From Mobula birostris (Eukaryota), in assembly GCF_030028105.1 (NCBI RefSeq), contig NC_092384.1, positions 17,119,629 through 17,183,628 of the forward strand: a stretch of DNA of 64,000 nucleotides, written 5' to 3'. Each line of letters opens with the position of its first letter. Position 1 is the stretch's first letter. Of this stretch, positions 33,656 to 46,589 are shown piece after piece. A program made the position numbers and the translations under genes. The notes beneath the pieces are model-generated. The model saw nothing but the letters and a program-made list of their open reading frames with translations, had not been told where the DNA came from and made no database searches.

Positions 33656-33768
33656 TGTGGTGGCGGGAGGCAGAGGAGCGGCCACGAGATCGAAACTTTA
33701 TAAATGTTTTAAATACTTTAAGAAGAAATATTTTGTCAATCTGGTTTGGACCAAAAATTGTCTCTCAA

Positions 33769-36700
33769 TATCAGGTTGTGGGGTGGGCGGGGGAGTGGGT
33801 GCCGCTGGAATCGATCCCGAATGCAAGACTGTCACAAAAAACTGTGGGTCAATTGTTTAAGAAAAATAACAAGATGGCTTGAGTCATAAAAATAGATTGA
33901 GGTGCTTTTATTTACCTCAAAACAAGATAAAAAATGGAAAAAAAAACTATATATATATAGAGCCACCCTCAAACAAAACACAGAAGAAAACTAAAACCCA
34001 AAGCCTTGGTAACCTGAGGATAATAAATGCTAAGTCCCTCCTCCTAGACCAACCAAAAGGTAATTAACTCAATTATCAAATTACAGATGGTATCCTCCAC
34101 CATCAGCACACCTGTGCGGGTTGCTGCTGCATCTATATGAGACAGCTCTATGCAGCAGCTCTGTTTCAGACACAGTCACTATTACTGCTGGGGAGGAGTG
34201 TCTTACCGAGTGCGCCATGTGCCGTCCATAGTCAGTGACGGGCCTTCGTTACATTACCACCCTTCTCCCCTGCAGCGCCAATGCTTGTCAGTCTTGACAG
34301 GTAGACCGCTGTGATGTTCTCCTTGCCTGATTTGTGCCGCATACAGATCCTGAAAGGTTGAAGTTCCAGGTACCACCTAGTCACCCTGGCATTCCGGTCC
34401 TTCATTGTCTGGATCCAGGTCAGGGCTCTGTGGTCCGTCTGGAGGTCAAACTCTCTCCCAAGAATGTAGTACCTGAGGCTGTCCAATGCCCACTTGATTG
34501 CCAGACACTCCTTCGCGATTGTGGAGTACCGGGTTTCACGGGGCAGAAGTTTCCTGCTGAGATATAACACAGGACGTTCCTCACCTGGCTTTCCCTGAGC
34601 TAGTACTGCCCCGATGCCTACACCTGAGGCATCCACCTGCACCAGGAAGCGGCGTTCAAAGTCAGAACTCTGCAACACAGGGGAAGAGCATAATTTTTCC
34701 TTCAGGCCCTGGAAAGCACTTTCACACTCCTCACTCCATTCCACAGGATTACGGGCCAACTTGCAGGTGAGGTTGGTCAATGGGGTTGCCAGGGTTCAGA
34801 AGTGAGGGATGAACCGTCGGTACCAGCCCACTAGGCTAAGAAAAGACCGGACCTGGGTCTTGGTTCGAGGGCTGGGGCTGTTCAGAATGACCTCAGCTTT
34901 TTCCACCTGAGCTCGGACTTCTCCTCTCCCTAACTGATACCACAGGTACCGGGTTTCCTCCCTGGCCCACTCACATTTCTGCAGGTTGAGTGTAAGTCCT
35001 GCCGCATTGATTGCACCTAGGACTAGACAAAGGTGCTCCAGATGTTCCTCGCAGGTCAGGCTAAAATGACCACATCATCCAAATAGGCGGCGCTGCAGTC
35101 CTCACAACCTTGCAGCACTCTGTCCATAAGCCTCTGGAATGTGACTAGGGCACCATGTAAGCCAAAGGGCATCACCGTGAACGGAAAGAGGCCCAGAGTG
35201 GTCCTGAATGCAGTGAGAGGCCGGGATTGGCTCTCCAGGGGGACCTGCCAATACCCCTTGCAGAGGTCCAAGGTGGTGATGTAGTTGGCTCTTCCAATCT
35301 CTCCAGCAGGTCCTCAATCCGGAGCATCGGGCAGGCATCGAAAAATAAGATGGCATTCAGTTTCCTAAAGTCAATACAAATGCGAAGAGTTCCATCCTTC
35401 ATCGGCACAATGACAATAGGGCTACTCCACTCACTTTCAGACGGTTCGATGACTCCCAGCTCCAACATCAAGTGGACCTCCTCCTTCAACGCCTTCACCA
35501 GACGTTCTGGTACTTGGTAGCATGCCTGCCGTACTGGACTCTGACCTGGTTTGATTCGGATGGCATGCTGCAACACATCTGTACGGCCTAGATTCTGTGT
35601 GAAAAACTGAGGGAATGTGTCGAATATGACTTGCAATTCAACTGGCTTCCTACCATGCAGGTGAGAGAGATCCACCTTGGCAGCTGCTTCCAGGCCTCCA
35701 CTATACCTTCAGAGTCATCTTCCTCAATCACCCGCCGTGCCAGTAGTGAGGTGATGGACGGGGGGCTGCATCTTTCCTCCCAGGGTTTCAAAAGGTTCAC
35801 ATGGTAAGTTTGCTTTTGTTTCCCCTTCTCCGGCTGCAGGATCTCATATGTTGTAGGCCTCATCCTCCTTATAACCTCAAAAGGTCCCTGCCACTTGGCC
35901 AGCAGCTTGCTGGCTAAGGAGGCCAGGAGCCCCAAGATCTTTTGACCTGGTTTGAGCTCACGTTGGCATGCCTGCAGGTCATACCACCGCTTTTGAGTCT
36001 TCTGAACCTCCAGGAGGTTGAGTCTGGTCTCCGCTCGGTACCCCTCCGAGCGGTCCCTCATTTGGAGGGCATATTGTACAACACTCTGCCCCTCTACAGT
36101 ATTAGCTGCCACCTGCTCCTCCCAGTTCTGCTTCAGCAGATCCAGGGGCCCCTGGACTGGCCAACCATAGAGCAGCTCGAAAGGAGAGAATCTCGTAGAC
36201 GCCTGAGACACTTCCCAGTAGGCAAAGAGCACAAAGGGTAACCACTTTTCCCAATCCTTCCCTGTATCAGATACAAACTTTCTGAGCATGCTTTTGAGGG
36301 TTTGGTTAAACCTTTCCACCAGGCCATCTGTCTCTGGGTGATAAAGAGATGTCCTGATAGCGGTTATGCCCAACTCCTTATGCAGCTGGCTCATCAGGCG
36401 AGATGTAAAGTTGGTTCCCTGGTCGGTCAGGATTTCCTCCCGGATGCCTGCACGAGAAAAGAGCTGGACAAGAGCACTGATCAGTCTTGGAGTGGTTACT
36501 AACCGGGGAGGAAAAGCTTCAGGGAATTGTGTGGCATAACCACATACAACAAGAATGTACTGATATCCTGCTGAGCTTTTTTCCAGGGGCCCCACAATGT
36601 CCATTGCAATCTGCTTAAATGGGGTGGTAATCACTGGCCTGGATTGGAGGGGTACTCGGTCTGATTTACGGACATCACTGGGTTTTTGCCACTCTGGGCA

Positions 36701-39700
36701 CGGTTTGCTATAAGTCTGCAAATCAGTGTACATTGGAGGCCAAAAGAACCAAAAGGCCAACCTGAGATATGTCTTATGGTGACCTAAGTGTCCTGTCCAG
36801 GGAATGGTATGTGCAAGGTGTAGTATAAGTGACCTGCAAGTACTTAACACCACTAACCTCCTGTTGCCTGGCTCCTGTCCTTGATAAAGGATGCCGTTCT
36901 GAAGGACATACACTGAACCACCTACCTGGGCGGTGTCATTAGCAGAGGTTAAGACCTTGGTTAACAGAGACGTTAACAAAGGATCAGACTGTTGTAACAT
37001 GATGATGTTTTCTGGCACTTCCCACTTAACATCTGTCACTGCATTTTCAGGCATTTCATAAGATAAAGGCGTACCAGTGTGTTTCTCTCACCGCCGTTGC
37101 CGACGTGTCTTTCTCGGCCCTTTGGTTCCAGCATTGCACAGACTACCACATAGGTCTGGCAAAGGTTGCATTCCAGACTGAGCTTGGGTTTTTGCCTGGA
37201 ACCGTGTCATGACAAAACAGGAGACATGTATTTTGGGTTCTACCACAGGTTCACGAGCATTACAGAGACGTTTACGCCTGCTTAGGAGGTCATACAGAAC
37301 AGGCAAATCCCACCCCAAAGACTTCTCCACTGGTAAATTCTCCACCACCCCCAATGTCATCAGATACTTTTATCCATCTACCTCCACTGTAAGTTCTATC
37401 TGGGGCTCTGGCTTACAGTCACCAAGTACACATAAAACCTCTGTTCGCTGGCTGTAGTCAACAGCACAGTGCACACAACATTTTCTTATGAATGACATGG
37501 AACTACCAGAATCAAGGAGAGCAGTAAAAGTTTACCATTAACTTTTACTGGAACAGATCTAGACTCTCCCTCCCTGTCCTGGCAGTCTTAGTAAATGACT
37601 GAGCAGTGTGTTCCTTGTCACTTGCCCCTCGATTACGATCAAAGTTCTTCGTAAAGCTATCCCTGGGGCGGTTGTAGTTCCTGGAATCCACCCGTGTTGG
37701 TCGTGACGGAGCCCAGTTTCTGGCGTTCAGGTACTGCATGGCCAACTTCGCTGCCGTCAGTCCATCCTCCGGTTCATGTTCTCTCACCCACGTCCTGATG
37801 TCTGGAGGAAGCACCTGCAGCAGCTGCTCCAGGATGACCGTCTCCCTTAGCTGATCCTTATTCCTCTGCCGTGGCTGCATCCAGCGACGATAGAGGCCCC
37901 TCAGCCGGTGATACGTCTCTGTCGGTGTCTCCCAAGATGGTGTTGAGGTGGCCCGGAACCGTTGACGGTAGGCCTCTGAAGAGATGTCAAATTTGGCCAA
38001 CAGCGCCTCCCTCAAGTCCGTACAACAGTTAGACTTGTCTTTATCCCTGGCCGTGTAGGCCTCCAGGGCTTTCCCGGTCAGCAGGGGAATTAGTCGACAG
38101 GACCACTCCTCCCAGGGCCACTGCCATGTTTTTGCCATGCGTGCAAAATGTAGAAGGTAATTTTCAATGTCTTCATCTTGTTGATACACTGGTATCAACC
38201 ACTGGTATCTTGGGCTCCTTACGCTGGACTACCGGAGGGTGAACAGAAGGGTTACCCAGTCTGCCAGTGGAAGACACCAACGATTGCCCAAAGTCGGAGG
38301 TGTCAGGTTGGCTTCCCCTTCTGGGTGCTGGAGTTGGAAGTTCCAGTCTAAGTCTCCCAGCTTCTGCTGTGGGGGACTGCCCTGCTAGGGATGGCTGTAG
38401 GACAGGCTGTCGGGAGGTCTCCAGTGAGCTCTTCTTGGAGAATATCATTTCTCTTCTGCTGGGCGGCTAAAAAGTACTTGAAGAGATTTACCACCTCTCG
38501 GGTTGAGGGACCCCCTTCCGGCCAAGGCCCAGGCTGCAGTTGTCGGGTTTGGATCATGCCCCTTGTGCCTTTTCCTCTGACGTCTCCGCTGTCTCCTACT
38601 CATCCTCATTCTTCATCTGAAGTTTCTGGTTTTGAGACCGTAGCCCAGTTCGTTTTTTAAAATGGCTTGGGGCCAAAAATACATTAAGCTGCGTTTATTT
38701 ACCTCAAAACAAGACAAAAACTGGAATATATATATATATATATATAGCCTCCCTCAGACTAAACATAAAAGGAAACTAAAACCCGAAACTGAGGCTTACA
38801 ACTTTATAACTGCTAAACCCCTCCCCCTAGATCAACCAAAAGCTAATTATCTCAATTATCCAATTAAAGATGGTATGCTCCACCATCAGCACACCTGTTC
38901 AGGTTGCTGTTGCCTCAATATGAGACAGCTCCATGCAGCAGCTCTGGTTCAGACCCAGTCACTATTACTGCAGGGGATGAGTGTTTTACCGAGTGCGCCA
39001 TGTGCCGTCTGTAGTCAGTGACAGGCCCTTGTCACAAAGACACAGACACTGCAGTACTAGGAACAGGACTGAGCGACACTAGGATTCAGGGCCGAGGCTA
39101 AGACTTGGGCTAGAAGGAAGGGAACCGGACGTGGACCTAGGAACAAGGAACCTAGACTAGGACTCCGAGCCAGAGACTGGACACGGACCCGAAACTGCGT
39201 CTTGACTCGGGCTCGGACCCCGGATCTAGGCGAGGAAAAGACGTGGCTACAGGATTGGACGTGGCTAGGCTACTGGACCGGGCGTGGCTACAGGACTGGA
39301 CGTGGAAAACCCTGCACAGGACCAGGCACATGGACAGGACGAGAACACAAAGCCTGGACTTAGACAGGACGAGGTTCTTGGACTAGGCTTGGACAAGAAG
39401 AGACTCCTGGACAGGAGGAAAGAACTCCAGCACAGGACCAGGGATCTCCAGCACAGGACGAGTGATCTCCAGCCCAGGACGAGGGATCTCCAGCACCTTG
39501 CTGGACGAGGTACACCTGGGCTGGGCCAGGTACTGGAACTAGATGAGGACCCGAAGCTCAGATTTGGACAGGGCGGGAACACGGCGGCTGGACTTGGTCT
39601 TGGAAGACAGGAACACAGAGCCTCGGACGTGGACTGGACGCTCAGAGCCTTGAGCATGGACTGGACGCTCAGAGCCTTGGACGTGGACTGGACGCGCAGA

Positions 39701-40715
39701 GCCTTGGACGGGGACTGGACGAGGTACTCCGGGGCAGGACGTGGCTGTTGGACTCGTCTTAATTGGGCACTTGGGTACGGGGCCTGGACTCCTCCGTGGA
39801 GCGCGGGGCCGGGACCCTTACTAGGGCGCAGGGCCGGGACACTTTCTTGGACGCAGGGCCAGGATGCTTTCTTGGACGCGGGGCCAGGATGACTGCCGAG
39901 GATACTTGCCGAAGTAAACTGCCGAGCATTCGGATGGGGACGATCCAGCACAGGACGAGGAATCTCCGGTACCTGGCTGGGCGACGTACTCCTGGGCTGG
40001 GCGAGGCACATGGACTGGAAGTGGATACGAACCTCAGACTTAGACAGGGCTGGAACACGGCTCCTGGACTTGGTCTTGGAACACAGGAACACAGAGCCTT
40101 GGACTTGAGCACAGGAACATAGAACACAGAGACAGGACCCCTCCTTGGGGACAGGGCATAGGGTCAAGACTCGTACACAGAACACAGAGCTAAGACTCCT
40201 CCTTGGGAACAGGACTTAGGGCCGTGGCTCTACCCAGAGTCAGGACCCCTCCTTTGGAACAGGACCTAGGGTCGGGACACTTCTTTGACATGGACACTAA
40301 ACACAAGGGCACAAAGAGACAGTTCTAAACTCAACGATAGATAGTTCTTTATCTTGGCTCGGCAAGGCTCCGGTCTCACTCCGGCGGTGGAGCTAGACGG
40401 CGATACAGGCGAGGACGCAGGCGAGGTTGCAGGCAAGGTAGCAGGGGAAGGTAACAGACGAAGATTACAGACGAAGGTTAGTGCCGAAGTAACTGTTGAG
40501 ATAAACCGCCAAAGTAACCGCCAGGGGAGGGGAAGGGAACAGTCCAGCAGGGGATCTTTGGTTTGAGAGGTATGTAAGTGCCAGCCCGCAACGAGAATCG
40601 GGTTCCTCAATTAAGGCACCCAACAGAACAAGGGAGAAAACAGGAACACCCGGAACAAGGATGGGTGGACCGGACCATGAACAGGAATGCGGACTTCACG
40701 GACCAGACCATGACA
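33769..40715 (-). mobile_element. Solo LTR (family X) split by Gypsy: 33769-33829 plus 39037-40715
   Basis: 5-bp TSD CTCAA (33764-33768 / 40716-40720); right end GGACCAGACCATGACA matches the 2781 end; internal 27-bp repeats at ~39620-39720 and a ~170-bp internal duplication. Confidence 0.78.
33830..39036 (-). mobile_element. Gmr1-like Gypsy LTR retrotransposon (SCAN-gag, PR, IN, RT, RH order)
   Basis: 5-bp TSD AAGAC (33825-33829 / 39037-39041); LTRs ~38630-39036 and 33830-34253; PPT GGGGAGAAGGGTGG; gag/SCAN 38198-37545 (ILEQLLQVLPPDIRTWVREHEP); integrase 37054-35588 (GHLG, MDIVGP, TDQGTNF, GLVERFN) precedes RT 35675-35056 (WSSPIV, YLDDV) and RNase H 34780-34232 (DAS..GIGAVL, ECLAIKWA, TDHRAL). 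Confidence 0.92.
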
Positions 40716-41881
40716 CTCAAGTTCCTTCTATGTTTTATATGTGCGGGTCATTTATACATCCCAACCGTCTAGATATCATCCTATGATGGAATGGTAAACT
40801 AATAATGTACATGGCCTCGTCCTGTAGAATTTCCCAAATATTTCCATGATCTGGAAGATGGAGAGCTGCTGCAGATAATATTGTTCTGATATCTTCCCAA
40901 GATTACTAATAAGTTCTGCTGGGTTACAACTCACCACATAATTAACACAAATTGAACAACAGAGAAGAAAAGTAAATATAGAAGGTTTTGGAAATACCCT
41001 ATTAGTTTGGCACCTTCTGTGGAGAAAAAGTAGGCTGGGGAGCATTCACCACGCAATAAACTCGAAAAATCTTAATCTGACATTTTTCACAGCTGCTTCC
41101 TGAGTTGGTGTGGACTCTAAATTTGCTTCCATCCACACTCAGCTCATGCACAGCAAATACTACCCAGCTTATTTGCTACCTTGTTTTTTCGTATTTGTCA
41201 TTTATAAATATCATGAAACTTCGTGATCCTAGAACAAACTCCAAATGGTCGCCAATTAGCCAATTAGTACAATATGAGTTTTTTTTTTTCCTGAATAGCA
41301 TTTCTCAAGACTTCACGCTCAAACCATTTCAACATTTAACTCAAAAATTATCTTCAATTCTCATTTTGTTCATCGACTCTGCTGTGGAACATTTCTGATA
41401 CGCTTTGACAATGCAGTATTAAATAAATGTACCATGATAAAATGTCAGTATTCACAATTTCAATATAACTTTTTTTTTAACTGAGATTGCGAAGATTTCT
41501 TCCGTATTTAAAGTTAAACATTTAAAAAAAAAATTTTATCCACGTTCCATATCTCTGCTCTTGTTAGTATACAGATGATAACACGGTAACACTTAATTCG
41601 CCATTTAGCATTCCGAGAATTTAAAAGGACAGAAAATATTAGGCATATATAAGCAATACTTCTCTAGCATTTTTTAGGATTTGTGCTTACATTCATACAA
41701 GCCAATTTGTCCTTCTCAATATCTTATCATAACCTTAAGTGATATCACTTAAATCTCGACGGGCAACTGCTTTAGCTGGAAATTATCGACAATATTTCCA
41801 GCTGGACGTTTTCACAATACATTTGTTCGGCGGATTATATGAGAGTTTTTCTCCTGGCATTGACTTTATTTTGTCTAGTTC

Positions 41882-41917
41882 AGTTCTGATGAAAGGTCTC
41901 GGTCTGAAACGTCGACT
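41882..41917 (+). ncRNA. Minimal hammerhead motif in a short Penelope-derived element
   Basis: AGTT-CTGATGA-AAG(GTCTCGG)TCT-GAAA-C-GTC-GACT; stem II imperfect. Confidence 0.6.
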
Positions 41918-42503
41918 GTTTATTCATTTCCATAGATGTTGCCTAAGGTGCTGAGTTGCTTCAGCGTTTGGTGTACTGCAGCTCTGCATTTTCAACAACT
42001 GCAGAAAAGCTTGTGTCTATAAATTTTATCCTGCCTAGGGTGACAAATCGCAATTATTCAATGTTCTTCGAAAAATATTCGAATATTTAAAACAGGTATT
42101 TAAGTGATATAAAAACGGTTGATATATATTTGTTGTTTTTGAATGACATATCCAGAGTACAGAAACACATACTTTTCAGAAATTGCATTACAAATAATTT
42201 ACTTAAGTTACCTTTCTTACTTTTCACTTAAGCGTTAAACGCAATAATGTGGGTATCTGCAACTTACTCGCCTGAGGCGGTGAAACTTCTGACCGCATAG
42301 AGTTTCCATGATGTCACCAGCCAACCGTGAGTGCAGTTACTTTGTTCTCTATGCTGTCTCGTTCAGCAAGGATATTTTGTACTGGGTTCATCTTGTTATT
42401 GCAAAAGTAGAAAAGTTCGCTCTTGAGGATTTATAATCGTGTTTTACATGCAGAATATGTGCCTCTTTCGGCAAATGATTTACATTTCCATCACCAAACA
42501 CAA

Positions 42504-42504
<1 letters not shown>

Positions 42505-42554
<50 letters not shown>
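42505..42554. repeat. (CA)n microsatellite
   Basis: ~25 CA units. Confidence 0.98.
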
Positions 42555-42555
<1 letters not shown>

Positions 42556-43520
42556 TGCACAATAGGTTCGATACATATAGCATGAACGTTTATTTAGATA
42601 TAGTTGTTAAATCGTTACTATATCTTAATGGAGCATAGCAAATATAATAATTTTAAATACTTTCTGATTCTGAGTACTTCAGATAATATGACTCATGAGT
42701 GAGCCGTTAAACACACAAAAAAGTTAGCTTACCAAAAGGAATACAAAAGACAAGAAAAACATTAAATTCCAGAACTGAGGTTTGGCATTGTTTGCCGTGG
42801 AAAAAAGACGATCATTTGGGGTTGGGGAATGGGGTACACCGTAAATCAGCCAAGGTATACTTTTAGCTCTGGGCCTGGAAAAGGGGATAGAGCCTTGAGG
42901 AGCAAAAGCAAAGAGAGACTTGAAATGATGGATAAAAAATATAAAATCCTTGTTGGGTTTCGATAAATGGCAGAGTGGGTCGGTTGTAGATAAACGGTTC
43001 TCAGGCACAAATCACGCAGTTACACAGTGATGTCGACCTACTCTTAGAATTAGTTATCCACATTGGCCCGCATATATAGTCCCACAGTAATGTCCTCTCG
43101 CCCAGGCGTGCACAAAGAAGCATAAAGTCAGACAATTCATCTGCATCTACTGGGACTGCAATACTCTGTTTGAAACTGTTCAATCCTATTGTTTTCCCAG
43201 CACCATAACCAGGAAAGTCGACCAATCATCACACATTCTCAATGACAGTGACCCGAAATTTTCTCAGTTATAAAGACACTTTAATTGCTGGGGCACAGCA
43301 TGTCCGCACATCTAGATTTCTTAACAGTACCATCTTCATACTGATGCACCCATTGTTGACTAGACAACTTTTCATTCATCTTGCATTAACTTACGTTCCT
43401 CCAAAACTATGTGGTGTCGTACGGGGCATGTTCTCGTGATCTATCGTCCAGGGCTCAGGACCTATCTTTGTTTAGGTGCCCCAGTGCTTGAAATTTACAA
43501 CCGCCAAGCTCAGACAAAGT

Positions 43521-43559
<39 letters not shown>

Positions 43560-43575
43560 ATTATTATTATTATTA
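43521..43575. repeat. Compound (GAT)n(TAT)n microsatellite at the 3' end of the R4/Dong element
   Basis: direct reading. Confidence 0.95.
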
Positions 43576-44600
43576 CTTCGAGCTGGTAAAGCCTGAAGTA
43601 CGAGCATTGGCAGGCGAGCTAATTTCCCAACTGCCAGCAAAATTTGGATTGGTATTTAGTATTATTGCTTTCTGGAGATTTCTATAAATACTGCTGCGTA
43701 GACCTAATTGTTTAATGCTTTTGTGCAATGACTTTGGGATGATATCAGTTGTGCATATCACTATTTGGACAAGATATACCCTGTTCATGTATCATAGTCT
43801 TTTAATTTCAGGTTATTTTTACTCATTGATTTCTGTATATTATGTGTGTTTGGACTGGCTATATCTATTAAGTTTTTGCTTGTTTATCCTGTAATATTTA
43901 TATGCGGACTGTTATTATAGATGGTCCCATCTGTAATAATGGATTAGTTGTAATATAGCTTGTGGGACTCTGACTGTAAAACTGAACCAGACTCGTATTT
44001 ATCGTAAGGTAAAGTTCCACTTCTGAGTTTGAAATTTAAAGCAAGATTTTGGTAAGGAACGTTTGTCGCTCGATTGCCCCTATGTAAGTAATCGGATTGA
44101 CTTCAACTGCTGCAAGATCCTGTAATGTGTTGGATTGTTTCTGGTTTCTCTTGGCATTTTCTGCATGAATCGTCTTACCTTTGTTGGTTTTCTTATTCTG
44201 TATTTTTGGTATTCTTTTGTGTTAACCACCTGGTCATGTATTGTCACGAGAAACCACTTTGTTCTGAGAAGAGGTCTCCAACTCTGAGCCAGGCGTTCGA
44301 CGCTTCCTTGATGACATCTAATCTGCTCAGATCCTGAAGATGTCTCCAAGGACGGTTATATTCTTCCATTGGTTAAGTTTCTTTCTTTTAGAGTGATAAT
44401 TTCTTCATTTTTCTGGGTTTTGCTTTAATTTCAGTTTAGAGCTGTGTTGTTCTTATCAGAATTGCACGTGTTCGCCTGGAATGCTGAATCATTTTTCCAT
44501 TGATGAAAGTATATCCTTAGAAGTTTTATCTGACTGTTGTACAAAGTTCATTTATTAATGTTATTCCTCTTCACCCTTCTGTCCCAGTTAGTGTTAATCT
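43576..44600 (-). mobile_element. 3' fragment of an R4/Dong-clade non-LTR element (CCHC knuckle plus REL endonuclease)
   Basis: GDLFSE..FLVTIHDQVVNT, CRKCQEKPETIQHITGSC, NNSPHI (PD-like), LIDIASPNTHN, LQKAIILNT; ends in (TAA)n on its coding strand. Confidence 0.78.
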
Positions 44601-44614
44601 AAGCGCGTTCGAAT

Positions 44615-45995
44615 CAGGGGCCTCAATGACTACAGACTGGTGGCATTGACCTCCCACATCATGAAGACCCTGGAGAGACTTGTTCTGGAGCTGTTCGGGC
44701 CTACGTTCAGGCCACACTTAGATCCCCTCCATTTCACCTACCAGCCCCGACTAGGATTGAGGATGCCATCGTCTTCCTGCTGAACCGTGTCTACACCCAC
44801 CTGGACAAGCCAGCGAGCACTGTGAGGGTCATGTTTTTTGACTTCTCCACTGCGTTCAACACCATCCTCCCTGCTCTGCTGGGGGAGAAGCTGACAGCGA
44901 TGCAGGTAGATGATTCCCTGGTATCATGGATTATTGGTTACCTGACTGGCAGACCACAGTACATGTGCTTGCAACGGTGTGTGTCCGACAAAGTGATCAG
45001 CAGCACTGGGGCTCCACAGGGGACTGTCTTGTCTCCCTTTATCTTCACCATTTACACCTCGGACGTCAACTACTGCACAGAGTCGAGTCATCTTCAGAAG
45101 TTTACAGATGACTCTGCCATAGTTGGATGCATCAGCAAAGGAGATGAGGCTGAGTACATGGCTACGGTAGGAAACTTTGTCACATGGTGTGAGCAGGATT
45201 ATCTGCAGTTTAATGTGAAAAAGACTAAGGAGCTGATGGTAGTCCTGAGGAGAGCTAAGGTACCAGTGACCGCTGTTTCCACCCAGGGGATCAGTGTAGA
45301 CATGGTTAAGGATTACAAATCTCGGGGATACGAATTGACAATAAACTGGAGTGATCAAAGAACACTGAGGCTGTCTACAAGAAGGGTCAGAGCCGTCTCT
45401 ATTTCCTGAGGAGACTGAGGTCATTTAACATCTGCCGGAAAATGCTTAGGATGTTCTACGAGTCTGTGGTGGCCAGTGCGATCATGTTTGCTGTTGTGTG
45501 CTGGGGCAGCAGGCTGAGGGTAGCAGACACCAACAGAATCAACAAACTCATTCGTAAGTCCAGTGATGTTGTGGGAATGGAACTGGACTCTCTTACGGTG
45601 GTGTCTGAAAAGAGGATGCTGTCTAAGTTGCATGCCATCTTGGTCAATGTCTCCCATCCACTACATAATGTACTGGGTGGGCACAGGAGTACATTCAGCT
45701 AGAGACTCATTCCACCGAGATGCAGCACTGAGCGTCATAGGAAGTCATTCCTGCCTGTGGCCATCAAACTGTACAACTCCTCCCTTGGAGGGTCAGACAT
45801 TATGAGCCAATAGGCTGGTCCTGGACTTACTTCATAATTTACTGGCATAATTTACATATTACTATTTAACTATTTATGTTTCTATTACTATTTATTATTC
45901 ATGGAGCAACTGTAACGAAAACCAATTTCCCCCGGGATTAATAAAGTATGACTATGACTATTACTATGACTATGACTATGACTATGACTATGACA
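44615..45995 (+). mobile_element. Rex1/Babar non-LTR element, 5'-truncated
   Basis: VRVMFFDFSTAFNTI, GAPQGTVLSPFIF, QKFTDDSAIVG, FYESVVASAI; (TATGAC)n tail at ~45950-45994. Confidence 0.88.
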
Positions 45996-46589
45996 TTGTG
46001 CTTTCTACAATTTATAATCTTAATTCTTACTTTTCCTTGTAAATTTTCCAGATGGGCTTCGACCCAAGATGTTATCCCGGTAGAATACGTTAATGGGTAT
46101 TTTTATCAATATTATTAGTATACCATTATTAGTATAACCATAGTTGCCACCTCATGAGAGTATCCAGATATCCCGCGCGGAGTGATCAGGGATAGTTCCT
46201 TCAAACAATTGTCTTTACCATTGCAGTACTCTGCAGCCTTTCTACCAACTGTTCAATTTTATTCCCCGTTAGCATCCGGCCTTTATGGAAAATTCATCTA
46301 ATTCGTTGCTTGAACATCGCTAGAAAGCTTACTGTTGGTGGTACTGCTTTTCCTAACCAGGTAAATTTTCACACCCATCTTCCATAAGTTAAGTACTCCC
46401 TTTCAAATAGTCTATTTGCACGATGATAGTTTGTCTGGATATTTTCACACTCCAGATGCATCTTTTAAGCAAACTGCCGTTCTTGAAGTGTTCCTCCTGT
46501 TTTGATCCGAGGAACAGCAATTTTTGTAGCCGCAATATTAAGTTAAAATTCACAGCGGTAAGAATAGTACTCAGACTCCTCCTACTGGC

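Noticed and set aside
39265-40185. Long 200-300 aa ORFs in family X LTRs (also ~1560-2500 and 57731-58474)
   Set aside because: Products of stop-poor tandem repeats; no domain motifs.
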